Source of the DNA: Paraspadella gotoi
Taxonomy: Eukaryota > Animalia > Chaetognatha
Direction of reading: 5' to 3'
Assembly (NCBI GenBank): GCA_051294375.1
Contig: CM119267.1
Coordinates: 5,941,992 to 6,005,991 of the forward strand
DNA: 64,000 nucleotides
The position numbers were made by a program, and so were the translations under genes. The notes under the pieces are model-generated. The model had not been told where the DNA came from and did no database searches. It saw only the letters and a program-made list of their open reading frames with translations. Shown here in pieces: positions 1 through 13,822 of the stretch (position 1 is its first letter; every line of letters begins with the position of its first letter).

Positions 1-1892
1 ACTGAAAAGAATTTTGTTGGACTTTGCTTGAGCAAAGACGTCGAGGCATTGAGATAAAATTGTTCTCGTTTCTTCCGGAGCGATAACTCCGTCGATCCAA
101 CATCGCGACGACGCGTGCAGAGCGGTTCGCTCGTTAGCCAATCGTCCTTCCAGTTTCGATCGGTAGTCTTCAGGAACATCCGGAAAAGCATGGAAAACGG
201 CGCTGGGCTCCAACAAACCTGTAATAATATTAATAACTTGAGAGGGAAAAAAATTGTGCGAAAATTTTAAAATTAAAAAAAAAGTGTGACAAAAAATATA
301 AGTTAAATTCGCAACTTTTCCGTTATCGCCCATACCTGGAATAGGCGGCGATGCCTGTGGCCAAGCGAAGTAAAATCGCGGCCCGGAAGCTGGGGGCGCC
401 GCAACGAAGGCGGATACGTCACTGTTGCACCCCGTTGCCACGGTGACCACGGGAGATCCACTGCAAGCGAAGGCGGTCATGAGTTGAGAGTGCGCTCGGA
501 TAGTGGGCGTGACTTCGTAAAAATCGGACGCCGAATCCTCCGGAGATAATACAAGATTTGTCACGAAACGAGACATGTTAGATTCTCCTTTGGCCTTTCC
601 ATCGCAACAAGCCAAAACTATCAATGGAATGTCTCTCTGGGCGCAGATTTGAACAAAGTGGCATCCCTTGATGGCGTCCTGCTTGGCGACGGGACCGCCG
701 AAGCCGATTATCCCGACCAATCTGCCGTTGAGATGGGCGAATCCCGCTCGAGTCAGTAACGAATCACCGTAATGGGCCCTGAATTCTTGAAATCTGCCGT
801 CGTCGACGACGGAAATTAGGATTTCGTAAAAATCTGGATCGTTTCTCGAAGCCAAGGCGGACGGAGGACTGGCGGGTGGCAGAGGGTCGAGAGACGGAGG
901 TGGGAGGGAATCGAGATTTAACGAGGCGACGATTGAGCGAATCATGGAAAAGGCTGAAGAGGAAGTGTTTGGTAAAACCCGTTTTGAATTTTTATCGAGA
1001 TTTCTAGAATTCTATTCACCTTCCTCTTCCGTCTCCGCGTAATGATCAGTGCATCCGCTGACGCGACAATGGAGATCAGCGCCGCCTAATTCTTCCGCTG
1101 AAACGGTCTCCCCCAAAGCGGCTTTGACCAGGGGCGGCCCGCCAAGGAACACGTGGCCAACGGCCTTTACGATAATCGACTCGTCCGACATGGTGGGCAA
1201 GTATGCTGCTCCGGCCGTGCAACTGCCGCATACGAGAGCTAACTATCAGTAAAATGAAACCCAAGAAGTCGGGAGAAAAAGTTTTTAATTTCGTCAACGA
1301 ACTAATCCAACTTTTATATCGACACCTGCGGAATGCCTTTGGCTGACATGACGGCTTGATTGTAAAAGACGCGTCCTCCAGGATTAAAGATTTCCGACTG
1401 AAGCGGGAGAAAGGCGCCGCCAGAGTCGATGACATATACGCAGGGCAAAGAGTTTTGAAGGGCGATTTCCTGCGCACGCAACTGTTTTCTGACGGATATA
1501 GGAAACATTGTTCCGCCCTTGACGGTCGCGTCGTTGGCGGTCACGAGGCAAAGTCGATCGTGAATGGCGCCGATTCCTGCAACCATGCCGGCGGCGGGAA
1601 CGTCGCCGTAGTCCATGCCAAGCCCAGCATGGAGAGAAAGTTCGAGGAAAGGGGAGTCTGGGTCCAATACGCTTGCGACACGATCGCGTGGGAGGACCTT
1701 TTTGTTTTCGCCGACGTGCTTTGAGGCGCCGCGCTTTCCCCCGCCGGCCAGGGCCAAGGAGGTGGCCTTCTCGAAAGCCTCGCGGTCGGGATTAGGCGCG
1801 GCGGCGGGTGCGGTGGCATCCAATTTTAAACGAGGAAATGCGGTAGTGGAGGCACGGCGGAGGGAATGGGAATGGAGGACACGAGGAATCAT
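1..1892 (-). CDS. Methylcrotonyl-CoA carboxylase beta-like carboxyltransferase (MCCC2 paralog type); 4 exons, 3' end runs off the window
   Basis: Motifs [77 protein letters not shown] introns near 1238-1326, 956-1017 and 220-336. The Arg/Ser-rich [16 protein letters not shown] start looks like a mitochondrial presequence; an alternative ATG lies at 1967. Confidence 0.85.
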
Positions 1893-2077
1893 TTTGGGAT
1901 TTGCCTGGGAGGAGACAAGGCGTTCCACAAGCGTAAAAGAGATTTTCAGATTAAAAATGGACTTCATTGAGGTGGAAAAAAGACGACAATTAGTAAATAC
2001 TAATAAATAGAACAGGCTTTTACTGTAATTGTCGTATCCCTCGCTAAAACACTTGAAACCTGAATAATAAAAACAAT

Positions 2078-2638
2078 TTATGGATCGTTCAAACGTGCTC
2101 TCGAAAGCCCGCGACTTTTATTTTCAGATTCTCTGCGGCGAAAAAGTTCTTTATTCTCCGGCTTATCCATAAAGACTATTTTATGCCATAACTTGTTTCC
2201 TATTTTCTCATCCAGATCGTTCTCTTCTCTCGACATCAAGTAGGTCAGCAAAATTATGAGACAAAGAGACGCAACGATTGGCTGAGACGCGGGTTTTCGA
2301 TTGCCCGATTCCCAAGGGCGATTCTCTGCGATTCTAGAATAAAAGAGAGAAGGGTGGCCAAGCTGACCGCTACTCTTAGATTTTTTTTTCGTCAATGAAG
2401 GGAAGTATGGCTGAGTGAGATCGGGTTTCGACTTTTCTGCATTCGGTTTCGACTCGCGAGGTTCGATTTCCGACGCAAAAAGTAACTTCATCTCAAACGG
2501 CACCGGCGACCGGGAGATTGGACAAGCGGCGGCCACAATCGGGCGGGGGACTGCCTTCGAAATTCTAATATTTTTGAAAAGCAAGTTTAACAAAAATGTC
2601 TGAGCACTCGAAAACGAGTATTTCCGCAAAAAATTCAT
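2078..2638 (-). CDS. CCSMST1-family small mitochondrial membrane protein (UQCC4/C16orf91-like)
   Basis: Single exon. [28 protein letters not shown] matches the family pattern of a TM helix followed by REENDxDE. A T12GCAG acceptor lies 6 nt before the ATG at 2638. Confidence 0.6.
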   Translation of the reverse strand: MNFLRKYSFSSAQTFLLNLLFKNIRISKAVPRPIVAAACPISRSPVPFEMKLLFASEIEPRESKPNAEKSKPDLTQPYFPSLTKKKSKSSGQLGHPSLFYSRIAENRPWESGNRKPASQPIVASLCLIILLTYLMSREENDLDEKIGNKLWHKIVFMDKPENKELFRRRESENKSRGLSRARLNDP

Positions 2639-2746
2639 CTTTCGCTGCAAAAAAAAAAAAAGAAGGCCAAAATTAGATAAAATTGCCTCAAAACTTAACA
2701 ACAAACGTCTTCGTAACTCTTCGTATAAAACTAGTCACTAATTGCA

Positions 2747-5696
2747 TTAAGTTCCAAACTTCTTCTTAAAAAGTGGGCGCGGCAAAGAATCCTCGAACTT
2801 TTCCGTCGTCGTCTCCGCCACCACGACGGCCCCGTCCTTTGTCGCTCCGATAAAGTTGACGAATTCGAAACCGGAAATCTCTTGACGCCGTACCGTCATA
2901 GAGTCGTTAATCAATCCTTTTCGGATGAGAGTGAAAACGCGGCGGTCCGTGTGGACTAGGATCTTATCGTCGGAGACGAAGGTTAATCCGTTGACGGAGC
3001 TCGGATGAAAGTTTGAGCCCTCCCACTTAAAGTACCGCGTAATCCGAGAATCGATGTCGAAAATCGCCAGTTCGCAATTGGCGTAGGCGACGACGGCTTC
3101 TCGCCCGTCGGGCGAAAGCGCAGCGGCCGTGGCGGCGATCCCGTCGAGAGCCGGAAGCGACGACGTGACCGAGGCAGAATCCGCCTCGACGACAACCGCG
3201 TGGCCGGAAGAGAAGCCCACGACGCACATGGTCGTCTCCCGGTCGGCGAAACGCCTCGTTATTGCGCTCATGCAGGTAGCGAGGCCGGGAGAGTCGAGTC
3301 CCAACGTCAACTTTCGACAGATAACTCCTTCGTCTTTTCGACGAAACCGTAAAAATTCGAGCCGACGACGTCGCGTTAAGGTCACAAGAACGTCATCTCC
3401 GTCAACCTTGACGAACTGAGCGTCGAGAAGCGCCGGGGACAACTTTCCTTTCAACGACGCTATTTTCTCCACGGAGGTAGTGGACTCCGGCGAGAGGTTC
3501 AGCCGGAAAACGAAGCTGCGACCTTCGGAGGAGAGGCAGAGCAAAGTCGCGTCGTCATTAAGAGCGACGGCGGAGTAAAATTTCGACCCTTTGTCCGCGA
3601 TTTCGACGAGCTTATCGGGCATGACGCGAAGAGGAAGCCTTGTTCCCGGGGGCAAAGGAAGCTCGGCTTGCTCCTTGGCTTCTCCTAATCGCCATACGTC
3701 AACGCCGCCGTATCCAAAAGACGCCAAAATAGGACTGCCCGAGCTGAGGCTGACAAATCCACCCTGGACAAATTAAAATGATATTTTCTCATTAGGTCTT
3801 AGAAGAGATGACCGATTATCATTGCGTACGAGAATGGAGCTCTCGGGAACAAAAATTGTAGTAATATCCTTAAAAAATTGTAATTTTTCAAAAGGACTTT
3901 TTAGAAATTTTGTTGATAGATTTAGTTTCCTCATAAAAAGTTTAAAAAAGTATAAAAAACGTGTTTTTTTTTAAATTTCTGACGTCTTCAGTATCAAAAA
4001 TGGAAAAAAGGTTTAAATTTTGAACTTTTTGACTTTCTGTAGTATAAACTATTGTAGGACGAAATGTTTTATTCATTTTTTATTTCAAATTTCAAATTTT
4101 ATGAATTTATAAGGATATTACTACAAAGAAAAAACGATTTCTGATACTGTTACACTCAATTTGTTTTAAATGGCTTGAATTTTATAGTTTACATATTCAT
4201 TATACAAAGGCAGCAAAATAATATTGTGATATCTCTAAATCTTTTCATCACACCACCCTATTGCGCAGTGTTACAGTCTCCCTCCCCCCCTCTTACTGGA
4301 GCGAGGCCAAAGCGAACGTTGTTCGATGATTTGCCGAGTTTAGCACGTATTTTTTCTTTCTTGACGCAGGTGAGAAATAGTCGCGGATCGTCGCCGGAAA
4401 AGACGATCCCCTCGCTATGGTGAAGCGAAGTTTGCACGTACACCATAGCTCGAACATCGTTGCGACAGATTATGTTGACGTGACCCAGTTGCCAGCCAGA
4501 GGAGGAACTGCGGTCACGGCGAATCTCCGCGACCGAAGGATCCACGCCAGCCGTCCAAACAGCCTTGTGTATGTAAGAATAGTATATTTAAAATACAATA
4601 CTTGTCTTAGTGTGACATAAAACTGAGGGGAAAAAAATAGACCCTTACCTTTTCGTCATGGGAGACGCACAGAGTCAATATGGCCGCCTGATGCGTTTTG
4701 AATTGCGTGCGAAGCGTGACCGTCTTCAAATCCCAGAAGGAGGTGAAGCCGGAAGAGTCTCCTGTGACAACGGTCTCGTCGGCGAGGATTCCTATCGCCC
4801 AAATCAAGGCGGCTTTTTCCACGATCTTCCCGCGCTTCGTCTTATGCTTCGTCGGTTCTTTGGGAAAGAGAAGGTGGTCACGAACACGACCAGAGGCAAA
4901 GTCCCAGATGAGCGCGACCCCTTTGCATCCCGTCACGAGAGTGTCGCCTTATGTCAAGAAAAAACGAAACGAACAATAGATTGTTTAGTAATATTTATTT
5001 TAAAACATTTCCACCAAACGTAACAAAAAGGCCTACCCTTTACGTTCCAATCCAGCGAAAGAATCTTCTCCCTCCGCCGTTCTAAAGTCTTATCGTAAAC
5101 GATTCCTTCGTCTAAAACGTCGTAAACGATGACGGTTCCGTCGTAGGAGGCCAACGCCACCTTGCCCATCCCCTCGTTAGCGGCCATGCAGGTGACGCCA
5201 CCCCCCAGAGCCGGAATCTCCCGGCGAATGCAAAAGTCTTGGTCGAACTCTAGAAGTGATCCAGAAACACCAGAAGCGAGGAGCCGACCTCGACACCATG
5301 CGAGCGCCTCCACTTTACGCCCGATGGCGCCGGGTAGGCGACGCTCCAAATACCACACCACCTGGTGCAAAGCACGTGAAGGATCCGGATGGAAACTCCA
5401 GATCTCTACTGATCCTAAGAGTTGGAAAAATATATATTTTTTAATGTGATTCGGGGAATTGGACAAATTAACGAATTCTCATCGCGAGAAAAAACTTCCA
5501 TAATCCATAATGAATAACCTTGACTCCGAGCGACGGCGAGTCGTTTGGTTTCAGCGTCCCACGCCAACTGACGAACGGGAAAAAGTTGATTCTGCAGAAA
5601 TCGAAGGCGATGAACCTTTTTGACTACGCCCAAAGGCTTGGGCTTCTTCGTCATCGGCCCCGAGTCATTCCGGTCTAGTTTACGTTTTTTCTCCAT
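2747..5696 (-). CDS. UTP4: U3 snoRNA-associated protein 4 (cirhin), WD40; multi-exon
   Basis: N-terminal VHRLRF...RLAVARSQ, GSVEIW, VTGDSSGFTSFWD..THQAAILTL, and the characteristic C-terminal LPRPLFKKKFGT. Confidence 0.88.
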
Positions 5697-5881
5697 CTCT
5701 CCGCAATGTCTAAATCTACCAGTTTGAACTAAAAAACAAGACGGTATGAAACATGCGAATCGCAATTAAAAATCAAAGGCTAAAAATAAAACTAACTATA
5801 GATAATAATTAACAATTATAAAAAAACAAAAACATCTACGTAAATTGTATATACATCATAATTTGTCGTAGAGGTCGTAGG

Positions 5882-8800
5882 TCAAAAGTCATCATCCGTG
5901 GATTCCGCGACGTCGTCACTCTTTCCCTCTTCACCGTCGAAGATGAGTTGATCAAGATCGGCGAGGGTCATGCCGCCGGTTTCGTTCGAGTCGTCGTTTA
6001 TAGCCGCCAACGTCGCCGTCGACGTCGACGGCCCCTCGTTGCCGACTCGCTTTTCCCGGAAATCGCGCAGAAGGGCGTTGATGCGTTCTTCCACCGTCCC
6101 CGTTACGCAGAGTCGGTGAACGAAGGTTTTCTTGGTCTGTCCGATACGGTGGATTCTTCCGACTGCTTGGAACTCGGCAGCCAAGTTAAGCACGGGCTCA
6201 ACGAATATAACGTGGTTTGCTTCTACCAGGTTGAGGCCGTTGGCACCGGAAGAAATGGGAAGGAGTAGGACGCGAGCGACGGCATTTTTCGACTTGAAGT
6301 GAGACAAAACGGTCGTCTTGGAATGGGGACCACGCAGCGCCGATCGATCCCCGCCGCCTTTGCTGCGGCAGAGGTTCACGTAGCGAATGTCGTTTTCGCT
6401 CAGGGCGTTAGCCACCAGTCCGAGAACTTCTTGCCACGAGGAGAAGACGAGAATTCGAGCCTCGGGATCGTCCAGTTGAATGCAGACGATCTTTCTCACT
6501 ACGGCCTCGACCTTGGTAGAGTGAGATCCTCGTACTTTCACGGCTTCTGCCTCGACGCGACGCCGCCGTGTAGTAACGTAACCAATCTCCGCGTAGGCCG
6601 TGATTTCTCGGCAGAGGGCGCAGCGGATTTTACGGTTTTTAAGTATGGGTTCGGTGGAGGTTCTGCCGAACGTTGCAAAATTGCCGTCGCTGCGTCTCTC
6701 TACTAGAGTTTGGGTGCATGTAAGACAGAAACAGTGCCCGCAAGAAAGGACAGACCATTCTCCGCCCAAGCTTGTCAAGCAGATGGAACATGGTTCAGGG
6801 TTAACCAACTGCTTGCCGCCACCACCATCGCTATCGTTGCCTGCTTCTTCAATTAAACTGTTAGACCAACCAAGATTGTTTAGGTAGAGGAGGGTACCAG
6901 TTTTTTTCTTAAGGTCGCGATCTGCGACGTTCTTATCGTTTTCCAGCCGCAGCCGTTGAAAGCACAACTGGCCCGCGTCTAAAACGTTTATGCTTTCTAA
7001 TTCTCCTGGAAGACGAAGTCGAAACCTTTCCATGGCCATCTCGAGCTCGTCCAGTGCGGCCACGTGTTCCCCCAGAGCGATCCAGAGTGCACGAAGGGAT
7101 CTGAATTCGCGTTTCCAAGCCGCTATCAGCTTGAGATGAAGGGCGCCTCGTCGAACAACTTCCTCAGAGACTTGCGACTTAGCGATGGTATGCAACGTCT
7201 TGAGGGTTCGTTCGACGGCCGAGTCGGCCCAGGATCCTTGAAGACGCATGGGTAGGGTATCGTCTTCATCTTCAGTTGAGACCAACTCCTGAGTATCCGT
7301 TTTTGTCATGGCGAATAGTCGGGACTCATAACTCTCAAAAAGTCTGTCGACGACGCAGAAGTCACAATCGTTCTTTCTTCTGCCGACGGGTCGAAAGTGA
7401 CAAAATACTGCGGATTCTTTGAGGCGAGGTGATGGTGGGCTGTCGCGGTCGAGACGTGTCACTCCCTCGACCAATTGGTCGTGGGCCTCTTGCAGTTGCA
7501 AGAGCTTGTTGTGCAGCTCTAGACGAAGACCTCTGATGTCCTTAAAGTAAAACGAATGAAGGCTGGTACCGAGAACCTGATCCAGTTCCTCGTGTACTTT
7601 TGAGACGACGGCGTCTTCGCCACGATCTTCGAAGCGCTCCAAAAGATCCAGCCACCAAGACCCTGCATCGCATCGGCCTTTCTTCGTCGACCGATACAGG
7701 GGAGCGTCTCCTCCGCTCGTAGAAAGTTTTTGCACAGCCTCTGCAGATTGGCGATACGATTCTCTGGCCGCCTCGACGGCCGCCATGGCTTTCGCCGAAT
7801 ATTTCGCGCGAATTTCTTCGGCGTTTTTGGCAAGGGAAGAGTCCCTAAGCGTCGGAGCCACGCCAGCGGGGAGGTTTTCGGCGCTCACCGATTCAGATTG
7901 GCCAAAATTAGTGAGCAGCCAGTGTAGATTGTGGAAGGCGTGGAGCTGTTGCATAGAATCTGTGTGCAGGCGATCGGCGTGCGTCTCCACGGATCGTATG
8001 ACGGCGCGGTACTCTGCTACGGCGGCAGGAATATTTTTTTGGAGAATGTGAATGCCAGCGAGTCCATTCATGGAAGAAACGAGAATTCGATGAGCCTCTT
8101 CCGCCTCTTTCTTCGCCTTGTGAGTCATAGTTTCCAAAACTTGTTCCATAGTCATCGTGGATTTAGCCAAAGATAAAAGTTCTCCCCGAACGGCCTGGGG
8201 ATGGCAACAGGCTTGTCGAAGCCGAAGCAGAGGCTGCAGCAGAGCGTTGAGCGTGTAACGGTCTATCGAGCTGAGGAGTTGATTATCGTAGCTCCTTAAA
8301 CGAAGTTGTTGCGGTTGTTTTGCGTCGGATATGGCGAGTCTGGTCTGATAGCGATAAAAGTGCTCCTCGACGGGACTAAAGCGAAGCCAATCGGATATGT
8401 TTTCGACGGGAGGAAGATTAACCTCAGCCTCTACGTGTTTCTTAGCCGAGCGCCACAACACACGCGCCACAACGTCGAACATGGGCTTTCGTTCGCCGAC
8501 ACGATAAGGGTCAAGGAGGCATCTCTCCCACCACTGCTGCGTGCAAAATGGTTCCAATCCCAAAAACAAAATCAAACCATACAGGTCGTCCAAACCTTTG
8601 TTTATTGGAGTCCCTGAAAAATAAAAATAAACTCACGAATTGCCAGATAAAAATTTGGAATTAATTTACCTGTGACGCACCAACGATTGACAGCATCCAA
8701 TCTTAGCGCCATCTGCGCCGTTTTAGTGGAAACGCTTTCAACCATTTGCGCCTCGTCCAAACAGATACGCCACCAATTGATTCCAGTCAGAGGGGTGGGT

Positions 8801-11712
8801 CGTTGAATGTATCGTTTGGGATTGCGAAGTTTGCGGCCCTCACTCGAACTAGGGGGAAAGTTAAGAAATAAAAAGATCGGTTCAAATTTCATTTAATAAA
8901 ATTTTAAAATCTTTATTAACTTCAATTGAAGTGGAAAATTAACATGTAATTTAAATTCCAATAAATTTTTATAAATATCGCGCTAAAAAAGACTCGAAAA
9001 AGAATTGTATGGCAACCGTTTGTTTTTTCTCTTAATTTATAAATATCCTTAAAAATCCCGCCGTAACTTACCGAAAACTGGGCAGGTCCAAAAAGTCTAC
9101 TTCTTTTTGAAAGGCCTCGTAAGTGGTGATGACCAAGTCGTACTCTGCCATTGCTCGAGGGTACATAAAACCCTCCACCTGCACCCCGGCATACATGAGC
9201 ACTTTTAGGCCGGCTTTCTCGTTGATATGCTTCTTGATTTCGTCCATCCACTGGTGACAAATGGTAGCCGGTGAGACAATGAGCGTGGCGGAAGAAGGGC
9301 AGGGAGGGCATGCCCGACTAGACCAACAATGCGGGCAATGGTAGGCGCCTCGGTGAGGGTTCCGCAGATCGTAGCCGACGCACTCGGCGTGCTGCAACAT
9401 GCCGCAAGTATTGCACTGGACTCGGTGGCGACCGAGAGGATCTGCGTCAAACTGAGACAGGCCGCAAGAGCACTCCAACAAATGGGGGAGATCGCTCGTG
9501 GATGAGGTCACCTCGTCCCCGATTCTGCGGACACCGCTGAGCCATTCGATAGCGTCGAGAGTGTCTTCCTCACAAATGGACAAAGGACTCAGTCTTTTCT
9601 CCGTTGAATTTTCTTGAGATTTCTCGTTTGCTTCCTGCTGTTCAAAAACGATTCTTGGAACAATCCCATTAGATAAGTTGGTGAGATTGTCAAGCGGTCG
9701 GAGATCTACAGGGAGAAAAAAAGTACGAATTAACTACCCAGTTCCCAAGAATTATTTTAAACTCCTGACGAAAGCACGAATCATACCTGAACGATATTGA
9801 CTAAAAGCAATACCGTCTTCACTTTCAAGATTTCTCAATATCTCGTTGGAAACGATTTCTTTATCCTCAATAGTATTTGCTTGCTTCGCGTCTCCATTAT
9901 TTTTTTTCGTTTTCATGAAAGCTTTAGTTTTCGATCTCTTATCATTTTTCAAATCGTCTGCAATTTCAGTTATCCTCGGCTTTTTCATCGACGATTCATC
10001 GCTGCCGCCTCGTCTCCGCTTTACAACGCCAGTCTTTCCCGAGTCTGTCTTTGTCAGACTCGCCGCGACAACGGGTAACGGGGTTTCCTCTTCAATTCCG
10101 GGCCTTAAGTGACACAAGATCAACGCCAATATCTCCACAGTTTTTCCCAGCCCCATTTCGTCAGCTAGGATACCGCCCTTGGGCCAAGACGGACAAGTCG
10201 GGCGCTGGGAAACGAAGGTCCCCACGTGCCGGTTGTAAAAGATGGTCTTTCCGTCCAACGTCTTCACGGGATCGAAGAGCAGGTCGAGTTCGCGGCAGCC
10301 GTCCTCTGCCGTCGCCAAAGCGCCCTCTTTCTCCAACATCCACTTTACGGCGAGGACCTGATATGGCCGCAGCACGGGATTGAGCCCTGCCAACTGCACC
10401 TCCACCGTCTCGAAGCGGACCCTTTCGGCGAAATCGCCCGGCGGACGAGCGGCGTGAAAGTCGTAGACGTGATCAAAGAAACGCTCGATTTCGTCGCGAC
10501 GAGAGTAGCGGCGATCGGGATCGTCTACGACGGAGGAGAGGCAGAAAAGCTCCTTGGCGAGGGACTTGACGGCTTCGAGATGCGGACGTCGCTGAACGGC
10601 ATCGAGGGAGGTCGCCGAGAGACCGACTGTGGTCATGACGAAGGAAAGGGTCAACACGGATTCGACATCGGAAGGAGAAAATGAAGCGTTCTCCACGTCA
10701 AGGAGGAAGCACTGAATGCCGGAATTGAAGGGACGATGTTGGGTGATTTCCAGAATTTGCGACGCGCAGCTTTCTCCGTCGGCGTTCTGTTGGCGAATAG
10801 GAAAATTTGGGGTATTAATACAAACAATGATGGCTTTAAAACACCCAAAAGTTTAGAACTCACGACGTAGTTGACGACGTAGAAAGATGCCACGTTTAGT
10901 TCCGGATCCTCAACATATAACAATGCTTGCTCAGATTCGTGTTTAAACATGACATACAAGTTGGAACGCCTGGCCTTTTCCTTCGTTAAACGAATGAAAT
11001 CGAAATGTTTCTCGACGGAAAGGCGTTCCGAATCTCCGCCTCCGGTCATGGGGCTGGCGTGGACGCGCACCCGGCCCAGTTCCGTATGCCACTCAGATTC
11101 GGCGTCATCTTCAAGAGACGGAAGAAGCCTGCGTCGATCCGAGTAGATGAACCCTCCGGCGATCAAGGTGCAAGAGTCGGGATGAGGCGCTCGTATACGT
11201 TCTGCCGAGCTGGAATCATGGGCGATTTAAACGTGACGGTACAACGAAAATAGAAGAATGAAGCACTGACTTCCATATCTTCTCCTGCGGTTTCAAGGGT
11301 CCAACGACCCGGTCTACCCGCCCGAGCTGAGCCGACTGACGGTCCGACTTTCGTTCCGCAAAGTCGGTCAACGCATCCCATCTTTTGCTGAGGACGTTCG
11401 AAGGAAAAGGGAATTTGCGACCGCGACGAAGATCCTCTTTTGCCACGGCTTTATAAAGTGAAGTGAGTTAGCAGATTGGGGGATAAAAGAAATACAAAAA
11501 TGATAACACTTATTTTTTGACTTACTATAAGGATCTTCCCATTTGGCGAGATTGGTTTTAATTTTAGGAAAGAGCCAACAACATCTGATGGGGACTGGAA
11601 AATTAAAGACCGACTTCTCAAGTTCGTCCCTGACTTTTCGTCTTTGCGTCAGGGATTTTGAAATTTGGGAGAAAACTGTTTCGACACCATTGCGGATAAC
11701 GTCAGAATTCAT
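5882..11712 (-). CDS. SHPRH: SNF2-helicase/PHD/RING E3 ubiquitin ligase SHPRH; 5' exons upstream of ~11200 are tentative
   Basis: [30 protein letters not shown] (CSCG..VQCNTC..QHAECV..CPHC), [28 protein letters not shown] (CSIC..CGHCFC..C..CALC), [24 protein letters not shown]. The ORF segments at 11166-10865 and 11712-11530 can be joined in frame through GT-AG introns. Confidence 0.92.
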
Positions 11713-11889
11713 GATTAGGTTAAATTTATTACTAAAAGAAAGAGACTCTAAAAAAAGTTGAGAATAACAATGTTCTTTTAAAAAATACTACATGATGGTT
11801 AACAACGGTAACTCAAGAGAAGAAAATATTACCTAATATGAAAAAAATATATATCTCATAGAAGGAGAAAACTCCAATATTCCAAAATG

Positions 11890-13822
11890 CTACGTGTCCA
11901 TGGGTTCTTCAGAGTTGTTGATCGGTTTTAAAGGCAAGGAAACCAATTGAACCCTTCTCGGTTGTCCGACCTTTTCGCTGACCGATGATAGTTTTTCATT
12001 TGTCGATTGGGAACTCGTAGATGATGCATCCAATCGTCTCTCTTTCGCTCTCTCGTCGCTCTTTTCCTCGCTCGCTTCCGTCGGCTCAGAATTCGTGAGA
12101 GTCACGAGGGCAACGCGACGTGAAGTCCTCGAAGGTAATGATGATGACGTCAATGGAATCCTACTCTTTTCTGAAGCTCTTTCTTTGATGACTGTCATGG
12201 GCTCGGCTCCTCTTTCGCTCGCTTCGCCAACTTTGTCGTCAGTCGTCGCCTCGACCTTCGCTTGCCTCTTTTCCTTAGCCTCCATTTCGGTGGCGATCTC
12301 CAAGGAATTTAGGGCCAAAGCCCTCGTCTTCGCGGATCTCGACGAGGCTTTCCGAGGCGGCGCCTGGACCTCCTCTTCCGCGGCGGTGACCCCCGGCTCG
12401 GGCGTCGATGCATCGGCGTCTTCGTAAGGCACGCCTAACTCCCCGTCTTCGAAACTCACGACGCTGCAGTATCCGTCGGTTGATGACACGATGAGAAGTC
12501 GCCCGTCTGCGGACCATGAGAGATCGCTGAGTTGGTGATAGTGAATCCCAGCCACCGCGGCAAGGGGCAACGTCTGCTGAGTGTCGAAGATCAGCACGGC
12601 GTCCTCAGTGGCCACAGCCAGCACCATGCGATAGGGCAACTGAATCATCTTTTCGGCCGGGCATCCGTGTTTCGTCGTCCTCAGAGTAAATAGGCGCGGG
12701 CAAAAACGAACGGCGATGGCGGCCTTGTCGTGGAGCGGTAGTCGAACGACGGGTTGCCGTCCGCGAAGATTATAAACGAAGGCGGCGTTGAGCGGTTTGG
12801 ATTCGTCGTCGTCAGACCAGAGCCCGGCGGGAGTGACGAGCAACTGGCCGTCGGGCGAGAATGACGGGCGGCGAAAGAAGGACTTCATCGTGTCGTCGTG
12901 ATAAAGGCGGACGTGAGATTTTTTGTTGGCGTTTTCTTTGTTGGAAGAGTCGGTCGTCACGGTCGTCGGGTCGTCGTCGTCTCTCGACACCCGGAACACC
13001 GTTGCGGTGCACCGGTACTTTTTGTCGACGGCGAAAAGACGAAGGCATCTGTCGGTGGCCAGCGTCGCCAGGTGCTGTCCGCGTGGGTCCCACGCCACGC
13101 CCTGAACGAGGCCTTTGTGTTCGCGCAGGATGGCCAGCTTCTCTCCCGTCTTTGCGTTCCAAACGATGGCGCTGTTGTCGATGGATCCTGCAAAAAAAAA
13201 AGAACGTATTTAGAACTTAATTAGAATTATGGATAATTGGATATGAAAACGCGAGATTTCAAACTGAGGAAGGATTTTCCTTGCGCCTGACCGGTCACGA
13301 TGTTGATTCCGTTGGCCGACCAGGCCAAGTCGTAAATGTCGTCGAGATGACCGCGGAGCTTTTTGAAAACCGTCCAAAACTCTTCGTTGAATTCCTCCTC
13401 TTCCCGAACCATAGAGGGTCGTTCTTTGCAGCGTCTCCATAAAAAGACGATGGAGTCGTCGCCTGGCAAACAAAACGGGCGGGTTTACCTCACAAATATT
13501 AAAGCCGGCAGTCTCAAAGCCTCCCCGCAGATTTCCACGAGTCACCGGCCGAGGCGAGGACGGAACCGTCCGGTGAAAATCTGACGACGTTGACGGCCTT
13601 GGAGTGACTGGAAAGGGTGGCACGGAACGATAAATGGGTCTCGGCGGCGCCATCTTCGGAGACGGATCGCGAGGCCGTCCAGAGTCGCACGAAGCAGTCG
13701 GTAGCGCAGGTGGCGAGAAGGTACGACCCGTCGGGAATGCCACTTCGGGGCGGGCAGACGTCGACGCTGTATACCGGGTCGCCACGGTTGTGCCAATTAA
13801 TTTCGGGCGTCGTAACTTTCAT
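11890..13822 (-). CDS. CHAF1B: Chromatin assembly factor 1 subunit B (p60), WD40
   Basis: MKVTTPEINWHN, LSSHSKAVNVVRFSPDG, LRGHLDDIYDLAWS, YHDDTMKSFFRRPSFSPDG, GIHYHQLSDLSWS, and C-terminal B-like motifs RRVALVTL and RRVQLVSL. Confidence 0.93.
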
